Source of the DNA: Podarcis gaigeae
Lineage: Eukaryota
NCBI GenBank assembly: GCA_964106915.2
Contig: OZ066917.1
DNA length: 64,000 bases
Strand: one strand, 5' to 3'
The first letter of the stretch is position 1, and every line of letters begins with the position of its first letter. Both the position numbers and the translations under genes were made by a program. The notes under the pieces were generated by a model. The model saw only the letters and a list, made by a program, of their open reading frames with translations, made no database searches and was not told the origin of the DNA. Below are positions 12,501-22,300 of the stretch, piece after piece.

Positions 12501-15500
12501 GATTGCAGTAGTCATTGTATCACTACTCTGTTTATTGCTTTATTGGAATGATGAAAATAGCAGACTGCAAATGAGAGTTGCAGAACTCATGAGAGTTTAC
12601 AAAGGTGCCTGATGGAATGTTTTCATATAACAGCAGGAGAGGTTATATTTATATCACTACTATGCCCATGGCTTAATGCTGCCCACTAAGTTAAACTCTC
12701 TGAATTGTGATCATTTCCAAAATATCTGCTGCTGCTTCTTCAGAAACACCTAATCAAACGTAGCTTAGAAATTGCCAGTCATATTCCAGATGTGAATAGA
12801 TCAGTCTGCTTTTAAAGAAAACTAAAAACTTATTTATTCCCTCTTTTAACTGAAAATCTGTTGTCTCCAGGAGGCTGCAGCAAGAGGCAGAGAAGCACAA
12901 TTAGATGAACGAAATCCTCTCTCAGTCAATTGCATCCAGATCACTGTTTTTAGGGACTTTTATGGAACTTGTTTCTAGGACATGCTGAAAACAAATCCTG
13001 TCCTTGTAGAAAAGATCTTTAGGGATCACCTGAAGACCCTGTTTTGCATACACAAATTCAGTGCCTCCCATTTTTTTCATAATTTAGTGTCTCCCATTTC
13101 TGCTAACTTGCATAATTCAAATTAATGGAAAATATAAAGTTGGTAAAAATAATCTGGTATCATGACAGACTTCTCCAGCGCTAGTATCTACTGGGATATT
13201 TGGTTAGATTTGTGCTAAAAATAAATTTTAAAAATATTTCACAATCTTATGTTAAATTTTAACTCTTCCAGACATTACTAAAAGGCCTCTTGCTTAGAAT
13301 GAGGAGAACATTAGATGATGATGTATTCATGCCACTTTATCCCAAAAGGTAAGATTATTGGTTTGCAGAATCTTTTAGTATTATGACAAAATCATATCAA
13401 CAGTTCACATCATCTATACTACTGAAGTTTAAATAAAACTTTTATTTTTCAGTGTCTTAGAAAACAAGAACTCTGGTCCTTATTTGTTTTTCCAGCGGCA
13501 GTTTTGGTCTTCAGTGAAGGTGAGCTAGCAAACAGATGAAGTTTCAGACTTAGGAGCGCTACTGAAGTTTACTTTTGATAACTGGTAACTGACTCTGAGT
13601 GTGAAGTGAATTTGCTTGTGGAAGAAAGTGGGCATGCTGACTCCAAATCCAGCATTGCTGCATTTGTGACCTTAGCTCAGGGTCACCAACCTTTTTTGGC
13701 CCCCAAGCACATTTGCAAACCAGCAAAATTGTGGGCAGCGCACACACCTGCAACCATGTATACACCACAACCTGTTCTGCGTATAGTAGAATTATTTTAA
13801 ATCTAACTTTGGGGAGGGCATATGTGTGCTCATGGGTCCTGTTTTGGCAACACTTGTCTTAGATCAGGGGTGTCAAACTCAAATTCATCGGGGGCCGCAT
13901 CAGCAGTTTGGTCACCCTCAAAGGGCCGGTTGTATCTGTAGGACTATGTAAAGGACATGTAAAGTGGAGGTTTCCTGTGTAGAACGGCCGGCACCGCTAG
14001 AGGGCAGACGTTCTCTGGCTTGTAGGCTGCCGCGCATGCGCTGAAGAGGCGGCTTTCTTGTGTCAAAAAAAAAAGCAAGAATAAAAGGTGAAGGCTGGCG
14101 GTCGGCGGCTACACGGGCCACATGACGAGGTCTGGCGGGCCGGATTCGGCCCACGGGCCTTGTGTTTGACACCCATGTCTTAGATTATCATGGTGCAGGG
14201 CTGTCTTGTTGCATACGTTGGATTCCAAAGGCTGTGTGTATGGAAGACCACATACGCACTATTCTCTCAACCCTGTGCTCTCAAAACTCCTTAGACCACA
14301 CAGCCTCCCACAGGCCACATCCGCAGGTGCCTTTGCCTGTCTAGTATGTGTCCTTGAACTGTCATGATGCCTCTTGCTTGTCTGGAAGGAAGATGGTGTG
14401 TGGGGTGTGTGTGTGTAAGTTTTGACATTTGTGTGGGTGGATTGTGACCTACTGTATAAAGGTAAGAGTCTCACCCATTGTGCTGCTCACTTTTGTATCC
14501 TTCCCCACCCACTACTGATAAACAGCACCTGCAAGGTTACCTGTAACAGAATGCAGCCCTTTGGCATAAAATGTGTCATCATTCCCCCCTCCCCCACCCC
14601 ATGCTTATTGCAGCTTCCATCATCCCTGATCATTGACCATGCTGACTTGGGCTTATGGGAGTTGAAGTTCAACATCTGGAGGGCCACACATACTCCATCC
14701 CTATTGTATATTTAAAGTTACTGTATATACATGGTATTAAGAGGACAAGTGCATTTTTGAAAGTGCTAATGTTACATGTAGTTTTTAACTATGAATTCTT
14801 TATACAGTTAAAGGAAATAAATTTTTGAGTATTCTGAATCTGAAACATCAATAACCGTTTATAATAAAAAATTTGAAATTCATGAGGCATAAAAGTCCAG
14901 GGAAATGTTTGTTACTAAATTTCCTAGATCCATTTTTGTCAGGGTTGAGGCTCAGTTTTGGCACAGAAACTGCTTTGTCCTGTATGATTACCTATGTTAG
15001 GAGAGAAACAGGGGAAATGTGTCCTTGTTAATTCTCCTTTGACCTCTCAGTGGCTTTTGATACCATTGACCCTGGTATCCTGAAGTGGCTGTTTGAGTTG
15101 AGGGTAGGTGGCACCACTTTGCGGTGGTTTCAGTCCTACTTGGATGATGGTTTCCAGAGAGTGATGCTTGGGGAGTGCTTTTCAGCCCCATGAGCCTTCA
15201 ATGTTGGGTTCCTCAGGGTTCAGTTTTATCCCCCATGCTGTTTAACATCTACATGAAACAACTGAGTGGGGACATCTGGAGTTTTGGAGTACATTGTCGA
15301 TAATGGACTGGATGAAAGCCAATCAAATGAAGCTCAATCCAGCTAAGACTGAGGAACTGTTAGTGGGTGATTCCTTAGACCGGATGAATGGGAGGTTCCG
15401 TGCTCTTGATGGGGTTACACTCCCTCTGAAAGAGCAGGTACTTGGGCTTGGGAGTACTTCTGGGTCTTACTTTTTTTTAGTTTTACTTCTGGCTCTATTG

Positions 15501-18500
15501 CTGTCATTTGAGGCTCAGGTGGCCTTCGTGGTGCAGAATGCCTTCCATCAACTTCAGTTGGTGGCCCAGCTGTGCCCCTATCTGGCAGGGATAGCCTAAC
15601 TTCTGTCGTCTTTACTCTGATAAACCTCTATGTTAGATTACTGCAATGCTATGCATGGGGCTGCCTCTGAAGATGGTTCAGAAACTTCAGCTGGTGTAGC
15701 ATTCAGTGGCCAGGTTGCTTACTGGGGCAAGATGGGTTGAGCATATAATACCAATCCTGACCCGACTCCAGTGGCTGCCAGTTAGTTTCCAGGCCTAATT
15801 CAAAGTCCTGAAGTACTTATAGCGTGTATTCTCACTCTGGAATCAAATTTATTTCTGTAGCTGGTCAGTCATTGTAGCTGTCACATAGCAAATTTTGGGC
15901 ACTTTTCTGATGGCAGCAATACTTAATATTTCATGTTTTGTGGTTTATAGGTTCCCATAAAAATACATATTTCTTGAGAAAAGAAGAATGCGTAACTTTT
16001 TCTAATGGAAATCAGTAGTATCCAGGCTTAATTTTGACTGATTTGTACTACAGAAATGTTAGGTTTGGTTATTTGTCCCTTCAAGCTAGAACAAATTCCT
16101 GCTCCAGGAAGAGAGCTAGCAGTCCTCTTTAATAACACACAATACCCCTTTGCAGAAAATATGGATACTTATGTCTCATATAATTCAGATTTAAATTCTG
16201 TATTTAAAATGGAAATGTTTTCATTCATTGATAATTATCTGCAGATGTAAAAGATGTATATTTTAATAGTTCTGCTTTTTATATTCAACTTTTTATTATC
16301 TATGTTCAGTTATTAGGAAACTTTCTGCAGTGGCATGGAATCCTTTCCAACAAAACCTTACAAGAGTTATCAATAGATGGATTGCTAAATAGATACATTC
16401 TTATGGCTTTCCAGAATTCTGAGTATGGAGATGATAGCATTAAGAAAGCTCAAAGTGTAAGTAAAAGTGTAACTATTAATCATTCATTTCTATTGTTAAG
16501 CATCCTTTTTAAGTGACCTAATTTGCATGTTCACATGAAATCGTGATTTAAAGTAAACTGACTTAACATGAAGGATCAGCATCCTAGTACACACTGCTCA
16601 AAAGTTCATGCAGATTTGGTTTTCTGCTTCTCTCTCCTTCCCTCTTTCCGTCCTCATTCTGCGGGGTTTAGAGGACACGAGAAATAAAATAAAATAAAAT
16701 AAAAAGTTCATGCAGTCTTGCTGCTGCTGTGTCACAAACAAAAGAAGCCGGAATCCGTTCTGTCATGTCACCTGAAGCCAGACTCATCGTTTGTTTTTCT
16801 CCATATAAAGCATAAGCATTACCCATGGTTTGTTCTTGGCTGACCACCTGTGGTTTGTTTTTTCCAGTTGCCTGAGTCATAGTTCAGACAACACAACAAA
16901 CCAGCTGTGAAATGCAGAAGCAGGGAGGAGCTTTTCTGGAGCTTTACAGCAATGTGCACTAGAACAGTATTTGATCTCATTAAACCATAGTTTGTTTACA
17001 TATGATGTGTGAACCAGGCCAGTATAGTGCAAATTTATTAAGATGCTGTGCAGTGTAATGGCTAGAAAGTTGGGTATAAAAGTGAACAACAGTCCACACT
17101 GAAATCTCCATTCAGCCCTGAAGCCTGCTTGAGTGACCTAAGCCAAGTCATTATCTTTTCTGAAATATTTACATAGCACTGTTTTGCAAAAAATATAGAG
17201 AACTCCACATATCCTGCTTTCTTGACTTAATGAAAGGATGAGATTAAAAGGATACTACAGCAAAAAGCTTACCACACCAGCCAGCCACAGAAACTGCCAG
17301 GCTTTATTTCTAAAAAAGTTATGTTAATCACTTACACAGAGATCACTTGACAATCATAAGACTTCAGGTTTGTCCATGTTTTGGGTAAAATTAATAAATT
17401 GATATCAAAGGATATAAAAGTTTTTTTATTGACAGTTGCTGAAAGGTGATACGAAATATTTTAATTAAATTGTGAATCTGGCCAAGGACTTGTTGTTAAT
17501 ATTTTTGTACAATATGAATGCATATTAGGTGCTTTTACGAATAATAATAAACAATGATGAAAATCATGATAATGAAACCAGCCAAAATGGTAGAAGTTCA
17601 CGTATATATTGCCTTTCAGAGTAAGCTCTTTAAAGGCAGATTCCTATAGCACAGATGAAATTCTGCAAACCAGCAACTAAAACACAAAAACAGCAAAGTC
17701 AAAAACAACACTCAGTAATTGCTGCTTCAACCTTATACTCTAAACCACTCTTTTCTTCTCAATTCCTAAACCACTCTTTTCTTCTCAATTCTATAGGTAA
17801 TCAGTTGTTTCCCTAAACAGTGGTTCACTAATCTTAAAGGAAGTAAGACAATATCACATCTAGAAAACCTCTGTAGATATCTTGTTCATCTTGCTGATAC
17901 AGTATACAGAAATAGCATTGGAAGCTCTGATGTAGAAAAAAGAAATGCAAGGTAACCTATCTTTAACACTGTTTCCGTTTAAAAAGTAGTGATGGTTTTT
18001 ATTATATTCTTTTAGGTATTTATTTACCATTTGTTAATTTTATCACAAATTTCAAGATGGCTTTATAAAATATAATCAGGATTCAAAAAGCCATAAACGT
18101 GGCTTTGCAGGAGTCTTTCCCCATACATCCCATAAACTGTTGTTGAGGGTGTGGTTTAGGATGACTGCAGGGATGGGGGGAATCTGAAGAATCCTTTTAA
18201 GTATGAGAATATTTTAGATTTGTACATAAAACTTTTTGGATCTTAATCAATATTATTGTAATGAAAATTAGCCATGTGTATAGTATATTTAAGTTAAAAA
18301 TCACAAACAGCTTGATACAAAAATATAAGTGTCTTCCTACTGTTTGCGTGTGCCAGTACAGCGTCCTGGTTTATTGAGTACCTCATCTTTGCACATCAGA
18401 CAGTTGAGTTTTACTACAGATTATTTATTAATCTCCTTTTACATGTTTTAAGACGATTTACAAATAAACTATAAAACAGGTAAACAGTACCAAAATATGT

Positions 18501-18828
18501 CCTAAGGTACATTAAAAACAATACAGAATGAACACCTAAGGCAGAGACCTTTTCATAAACTGCTTAGAGGTTTTATTTACAGTTGGGTGCTATTAAAAAA
18601 AAAATCTCCAGGTGGAAAAGTTTGTCAAAACAGTATCTTCAATTGTTTCTGAAAAGTACAGATGGCAAGTTGCAAAAAGCACTAACTAAAGTTCTTCCCT
18701 CTATTCCTAGGGAGAATATAAAACAGATAATAAAACTTCTATCAAGTATTCGAGCACTGGACCATGCTGCAACAGTTGCAAATGATCATAATGTGAAAGA
18801 GTTAAAAAATTTAAGTGAAGGGAAATAA
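475..18828 (+). CDS. PAXBP1: PAX3/PAX7-binding protein 1 (GCFC1), 3' portion, 14 coding exons (about exons 5-18); 5' exons lie upstream of the window
   Basis: Spliced translation GIEGSDDEALIAGEQDEELSRWEQEQIRKGINIPQ...HNVKELKNLSEGK* matches vertebrate PAXBP1; exon phases are consistent across all visible junctions. Confidence 0.97.
1401..1621 (+). CDS. PAXBP1: PAXBP1 exon ~6 (VQASQPAEVNNLYYQ...KKQLKDR)
   Basis: cctatag| ... AG|gtaggg; 221 nt; overlaps ORF 1425..1625. Confidence 0.95.
2784..2973 (+). CDS. PAXBP1: PAXBP1 exon ~7 (LDSMREFHK...LLECFNEK)
   Basis: tttag| ... AAG|gtaaga; 190 nt. Confidence 0.95.
4026..4200 (-). mobile_element. CR1 3' fragment
   Basis: cagatggccatccaacctctgctttaa, similar to 28195-28220. 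Confidence 0.6.
4808..5028. mobile_element. Tc1/mariner MITE, family B
   Basis: TA|cagtggtacctcgggtta ... taacccaaggtaccactg|TA. Confidence 0.88.
7321..7341 (+). CDS. PAXBP1: PAXBP1 exon ~8, visible start only (VLLINEL); the rest, expected to end near 7444, is inside the N gap
   Basis: ttttacag| then GTG CTC CTG ATT AAC GAA CTT, followed by Ns. Confidence 0.85.
7342..7505. other. Assembly gap (164 N) removing most of a PAXBP1 exon and its donor
   Basis: Run of n. Confidence 0.99.
8225..8401 (+). mobile_element. Squam3-like tRNA-derived SINE
   Basis: gtagctcagtgacagagcatctgctttgcatg...ccaggttcaatc head; ctgctgccagtc...atggtctgactc body. Confidence 0.75.
8753..8852 (+). CDS. PAXBP1: PAXBP1 exon ~9 (KALMAPNLDSFGRDRTLYQEHVKRRTAEREARR)
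   Basis: ctcacag| ... AG|gtacaa; 100 nt. Confidence 0.93.
9287..9402 (+). CDS. PAXBP1: PAXBP1 exon ~10 (ARRRLAREQSGKMADHLEGLSSDDEETSTDTTNFNMER)
   Basis: taatag| ... G|gtcaga; 116 nt. Confidence 0.95.
10508..10707 (+). CDS. PAXBP1: PAXBP1 exon ~11 (DRILKESSKVFEDV...LLTWNPLE), GCFC domain
   Basis: cctag| ... GAG|gtgaga; 200 nt. Confidence 0.95.
10790..11000 (+). mobile_element. L2-type LINE 3' end fragment
   Basis: agggcttctcagcagtggcgccatccctgtagaacagcctcc...tgttggaagccacc. Confidence 0.55.
11340..11484 (+). CDS. PAXBP1: PAXBP1 exon ~12 (DKCQDFESMLWFESLLFYG...LPKLT)
   Basis: taatag| ... G|gtactt; 145 nt. Confidence 0.95.
11593..11714 (+). CDS. PAXBP1: PAXBP1 exon ~13 (VLAENVWDPFSTTQTSRM...ENKNTQ)
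   Basis: gttag| ... CAG|gtaaaa; 122 nt. Confidence 0.95.
12048..12271. mobile_element. Tc1/mariner MITE, family C
   Basis: TA|cagtggtacctc ... gaggtgctactg|TA; internal cagcttctg repeats. Confidence 0.8.
13272..13348 (+). CDS. PAXBP1: PAXBP1 exon ~14 (TLLKGLLLRMRRTLDDDVFMPLYPK)
   Basis: ttccag| ... AG|gtaaga; 77 nt. Confidence 0.95.
13453..13519 (+). CDS. PAXBP1: PAXBP1 exon ~15 (VLENKNSGPYLFFQRQFWSSVK)
   Basis: tttcag| ... AAG|gtgagc; 67 nt. Confidence 0.95.
13865..14177. mobile_element. hAT-type non-autonomous DNA transposon
   Basis: TIRs caggggtgtcaaac / gtttgacacccatg; perfect 8-bp TSD TCTTAGAT (13857-13864, 14178-14185). Confidence 0.9.
14990..15830 (+). mobile_element. Degenerate L2/CR1-clade LINE reverse-transcriptase fragment
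   Basis: Remnant motifs PQGSVLSPMLFNIYMKQL and WMKANQMKLNPAKTE; frameshifts; YADD segment absent. Confidence 0.82.
16310..16456 (+). CDS. PAXBP1: PAXBP1 exon ~16 (LLGNFLQWHGILSNKTLQELSIDGLLNRY...KKAQS)
   Basis: gttcag| ... AGT|gtaagt; 147 nt. Confidence 0.95.
17740..17791. repeat. Perfect 26-bp tandem duplication ctaaaccactcttttcttctcaattc
   Basis: 17740-17765 and 17766-17791. Confidence 0.95.
17797..17951 (+). CDS. PAXBP1: PAXBP1 exon ~17 (VISCFPKQWFTNLKG...VEKRNAR)
   Basis: ctatag| ... AG|gtaacc; 155 nt. Confidence 0.95.
18711..18828 (+). CDS. PAXBP1: PAXBP1 last coding exon (ENIKQIIKLLSSIRALDHAATVANDHNVKELKNLSEGK*)
   Basis: ttcctag|; TAA at 18826-18828. Confidence 0.95.
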
Positions 18829-19730
18829 AACTTTGTTAATTCTGGGCTTTAAAAATCATTCCTGAAGTGTAATTTTGTACATATGTAAAGTTTTCTTATA
18901 TTGTAAACGATTGTTTTTAATACAAAGTGCATTCTTATATACAGCATCTGTAAGAGTATTGATGTCTTCAAAGTGAAAAAGAAGCCAGGAAAACTGCATC
19001 TTGTTTACAAAAATTTTATACTACATGGTGGCCATCTAGTCACTAAACTGCCCATTACTTAATAGGAAATTCTACACTGTAAAATTCATTTAACTGATCT
19101 GCAAATATTTATATTCCCATAGTTATATGTTTGAAATAATTGTTTATTTCAAAGTAAGATATTCAGTAATTTGGTAATAAAATTGGTCATAAATATGTGA
19201 ATATAGTATGACCTGGGTAAGAGTAAAGAAGTGTCCAAAATTGTAACAGTGTTGTTTGAAGTGTATGTACTGATGACAAAAATAGCTGCAAGTTCACAGC
19301 TGCATTTAGGTAATGGTATGGTCACAATTAAAACTCAAGACACTTCATTGTATAATTTTTTTATCCCTTTAACTCTTACTGGCAATATATTTTCTCACAA
19401 TTTAATAATTCAGATTATTAACCCTCCCCTATGTCCACATATTTGTTTATATCCTATGGTCACAATATTGACTATTCCAAAATGTTGCATTGTTTAATAT
19501 TTAAAGAATAAATCCTTTTATTTTTGAGTCATGGCTTGCTACTACTGAGATTAGTTTGAATTCTGAAGAATATTGTCACTGTTGTAGATAGTCTGCTTAT
19601 ATTCAAGTGTAGTATATTATACTTGAGAAAAGTAGAAATTGAAATATTAAATAACTTTGGATCATTGTACTTGATGATGCTCCTGTCATGTGATGTAAAG
19701 AAAATATTAAATGTACAGTCTGCTTTTTGA
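18829..19730 (+). terminator. PAXBP1: PAXBP1 AU-rich 3' UTR with candidate poly(A) signals AATAAA 19176-19181, AATAAA 19507-19512, ATTAAA 19706-19711; Pumilio-type TGTACATA at 18876-18883
   Basis: Motifs read directly; the true cleavage site cannot be determined from sequence. Confidence 0.55.
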
Positions 19731-21049
19731 ACACTGAATCATTTTATGAATTTATTACATTGATTATTTTCAGTTATAAGGCCAACCAACATCAAATTCT
19801 CAGACAATAGTATTAATACTACAGCCTTATTAAACTGCAGTTACAGTAAACTATGGTTTAATGGTACACCTTCCACCACCCTGCTAACAACAAACAGGTC
19901 GTGATTTGGTGTAGCAATGCACTAAATCTAGGATCATGTCGTCCCCCCCAAAAAACCCGAAGGTAGTTGATTACTAGTCTTGGTTTGTTTGGATGTAACA
20001 TTAACCCAGACCATGGTTACCCCACCACCACCAACACCCAGCAGCATAGCAACAATGTGCATATACTTGCTGCACATTTATATATTTATTAAATTTGCTG
20101 CAAGCGTACTGCTGAAAACATAATCAACAGTCTAGCTTAACTGGGAACTGCATACAGACAGCTGGGAAAATCTAATTCTGGCACTGTATCTAACCTTCAC
20201 AGTGTTAAGTAACTTGTGTCATCCAAAAATAGAGCAAGACTGTCTAAAGCCTTTCGCAATAAGAAGGTTGAAGGCAAGGGGAGGCAGAAAAAAGCTAGAC
20301 TGCAATGATAGACAATTATTTGCAACATTTGTAGCCTGCCTTTCAAAAAAAGTAGGAATGATACCTTGAAATATTTTTTAACCCCTATGTACGTCTACTG
20401 TGAAGAAAGAGTTCAGTGGGGCCCACTCCTAGGCAAGTGACTAAAGGACCGTAGTCTACTACTATTAACGGGTAATAAACCAGAAGCAAGGTCCCCGAAT
20501 TACTCAAATAGTTAACCGTATTCAGGGGTCAAGGCAAAAACAATAATTTTGGCTGAGCAGTCCAGTGTCGTTTTAAAACACGGCAATAGAAGAGGCTTAG
20601 CATTGCGGATTATAGTAGTAATATAGCCTTGACAGCCAGATCAAGCATTCCCAGGAGGTAAATATTTCAGCAACAACGAAAAACATTGCAAAGGGTAGCC
20701 TGAAATGCCTTGTTTACACGTCTAGTACCAATCAGGAAGACCCCTTGGGAAACGAGGCAATTTCCCTTTGTATTTGACCGAGTGTGTCTGAAAACCGACC
20801 GTGGGTGTGATTCATCAGCAGCCAACCTAACTAAAGAGTAAGAACCTGCTCCCAGCAAAGGCACCGGGGAGGAGGAGTGCTTTTATTATGATGGTGGTTA
20901 GTCATTTTAAGGTTCGTCGTGCCTTCTGTCAGTCAACAGGACAACAAGGCTCGGCACAAGCGCCTCAGCCTGTCATACGACAGGTAACAGAAAGAGATGA
21001 GGGTGGAAACCCGCTGCTTCGGCTTCTGCCAAGCTGAATGAGGGGCGTT

Positions 21050-22300
21050 TCTACTCGGAGGTAAGCCCTACTGAGTTCAGTGGAGCTTACTCTCAAGCCA
21101 GCGTCCCTTAAGCCGCGGCCTCAGGGGCGAAAAGGGGGCGCTTATGTAAGGCGCCAAAGACGCGCCGCCGCCGCCTTGGCGAACGGCTGGCACGAAACCC
21201 GCCCGCCCTTTCGGCGCTCGCGCTGCCCTCCGCTCCCCCCCTACCTCCGCACTACTTCCGGTGTGGGAGTAGGGGGGGCGGTGCAATGCGGAAGCGGTGG
21301 CCCTGCCAGAGAGGAAGTGAGGCAGCCGCCTCAGGCAGCGGCACGAAGAAGCGCCCCTGGAGGTGGCGGAGGAGCCGGTAAGGGAAGCTGAGCTGAGCAG
21401 GAGAGCAGGCGAGACGTCAGTATATATTTCTCTCTCTCTCTCCTCTCCCCCCCCCTCAATCCTCACACCACTTCCCGCTTTCTCCTGCCTCCGTGTAGAC
21501 AAGCCTAAGTCCCCGCGGTGCGTAGGAAGCCGGAGCCGCCTTGGCGGGGCTGGCGAGGGGAGAAGGGAAGCGGCTCCCTCGGCACAAGATGGACGCTTCT
21601 TGAGCCGCGCCGACACCCACACGGCTCTCTGCCTCGGTCTGTCACGGGGAGGGCGACGCGGGTTCGGCTCCTATTATCATTATCATTATCATCATTATTC
21701 TCCCTTCGCGGGTGCCCGCTTTCCCAGCCGCCTACTGCAGCAGCGTTGCCTGTCGAGGGAGCCGAGCCGTCTGTCTCGCTCCCTCATAACTGTCTGCAGA
21801 CCGCGAACCTTTTCCGGTTGCTTCGCTTTCCCCTTTTTGCCCCCGCCCCGCCCCGCTTTTTCTTTTTACCCCTGGAAGCGGGGGAAATAAGCCCTCTAGC
21901 CTCGTTCCTGTCTGGATAGAAACGGCGGCCAGGCATGTTGTGGTGGCAGCAGGGGCTCTTCCTCCGGGGCGAAGCTGGGGTCGAGCTTCGCTCGGCTGCC
22001 ACTCCCCCTCCCTGGTCCTGGGGAAGCGAGAGGGTCGCTTTTCCTCTCAAGCGGGTGCGGGGCCAAGGTGGGAGGTGGGGAGGAAGGAACTGCCAAGGCA
22101 GGTGGCTGCGGGAAGCGTTTCTGCACTACTTCGTATTTTTTATGTATCATCCCCGAAGTGTTGCTTTCACTGCTCGAGAAAATCGCTTTTTTAAAAAAAA
22201 TTACGCTGCTTCCCACCCCCCACCCCTTACTGCTATGATTACTAATCATTTTTCTCTCGGTTGTGTTCTGTTGAGCAACCGATTACCGTACTCGGTGATG
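21050..22300 (+). promoter_or_regulatory. SYNJ1: CpG island / SYNJ1 promoter with ETS-type motifs (ACTTCCGG 21254-21261, CGGAAG 21289-21294, AGGAAGTG 21312-21319) and tandem GC boxes (21840-21856)
   Basis: Abrupt switch to GC- and CpG-rich sequence in an AT-rich background, about 4 kb upstream of the SYNJ1 ATG exon. Confidence 0.88.
21286..21377 (+). CDS. SYNJ1: SYNJ1 exon 1, putative upstream-ATG N-terminal extension (MRKRWPCQRGSEAAASGSGTKKRPWRWRRSR)
   Basis: ATG at 21286; donor CCG|gtaagg; splices in frame to acceptor 25146; resembles the MRKRWACW... start of the long human isoform (recalled). Confidence 0.6.

Noticed and set aside
15294-15599. 101-aa ORF resembling reverse transcriptase
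   Set aside because: Fragment of a dead L2/CR1-clade LINE lacking the YADD motif; not a functional gene.
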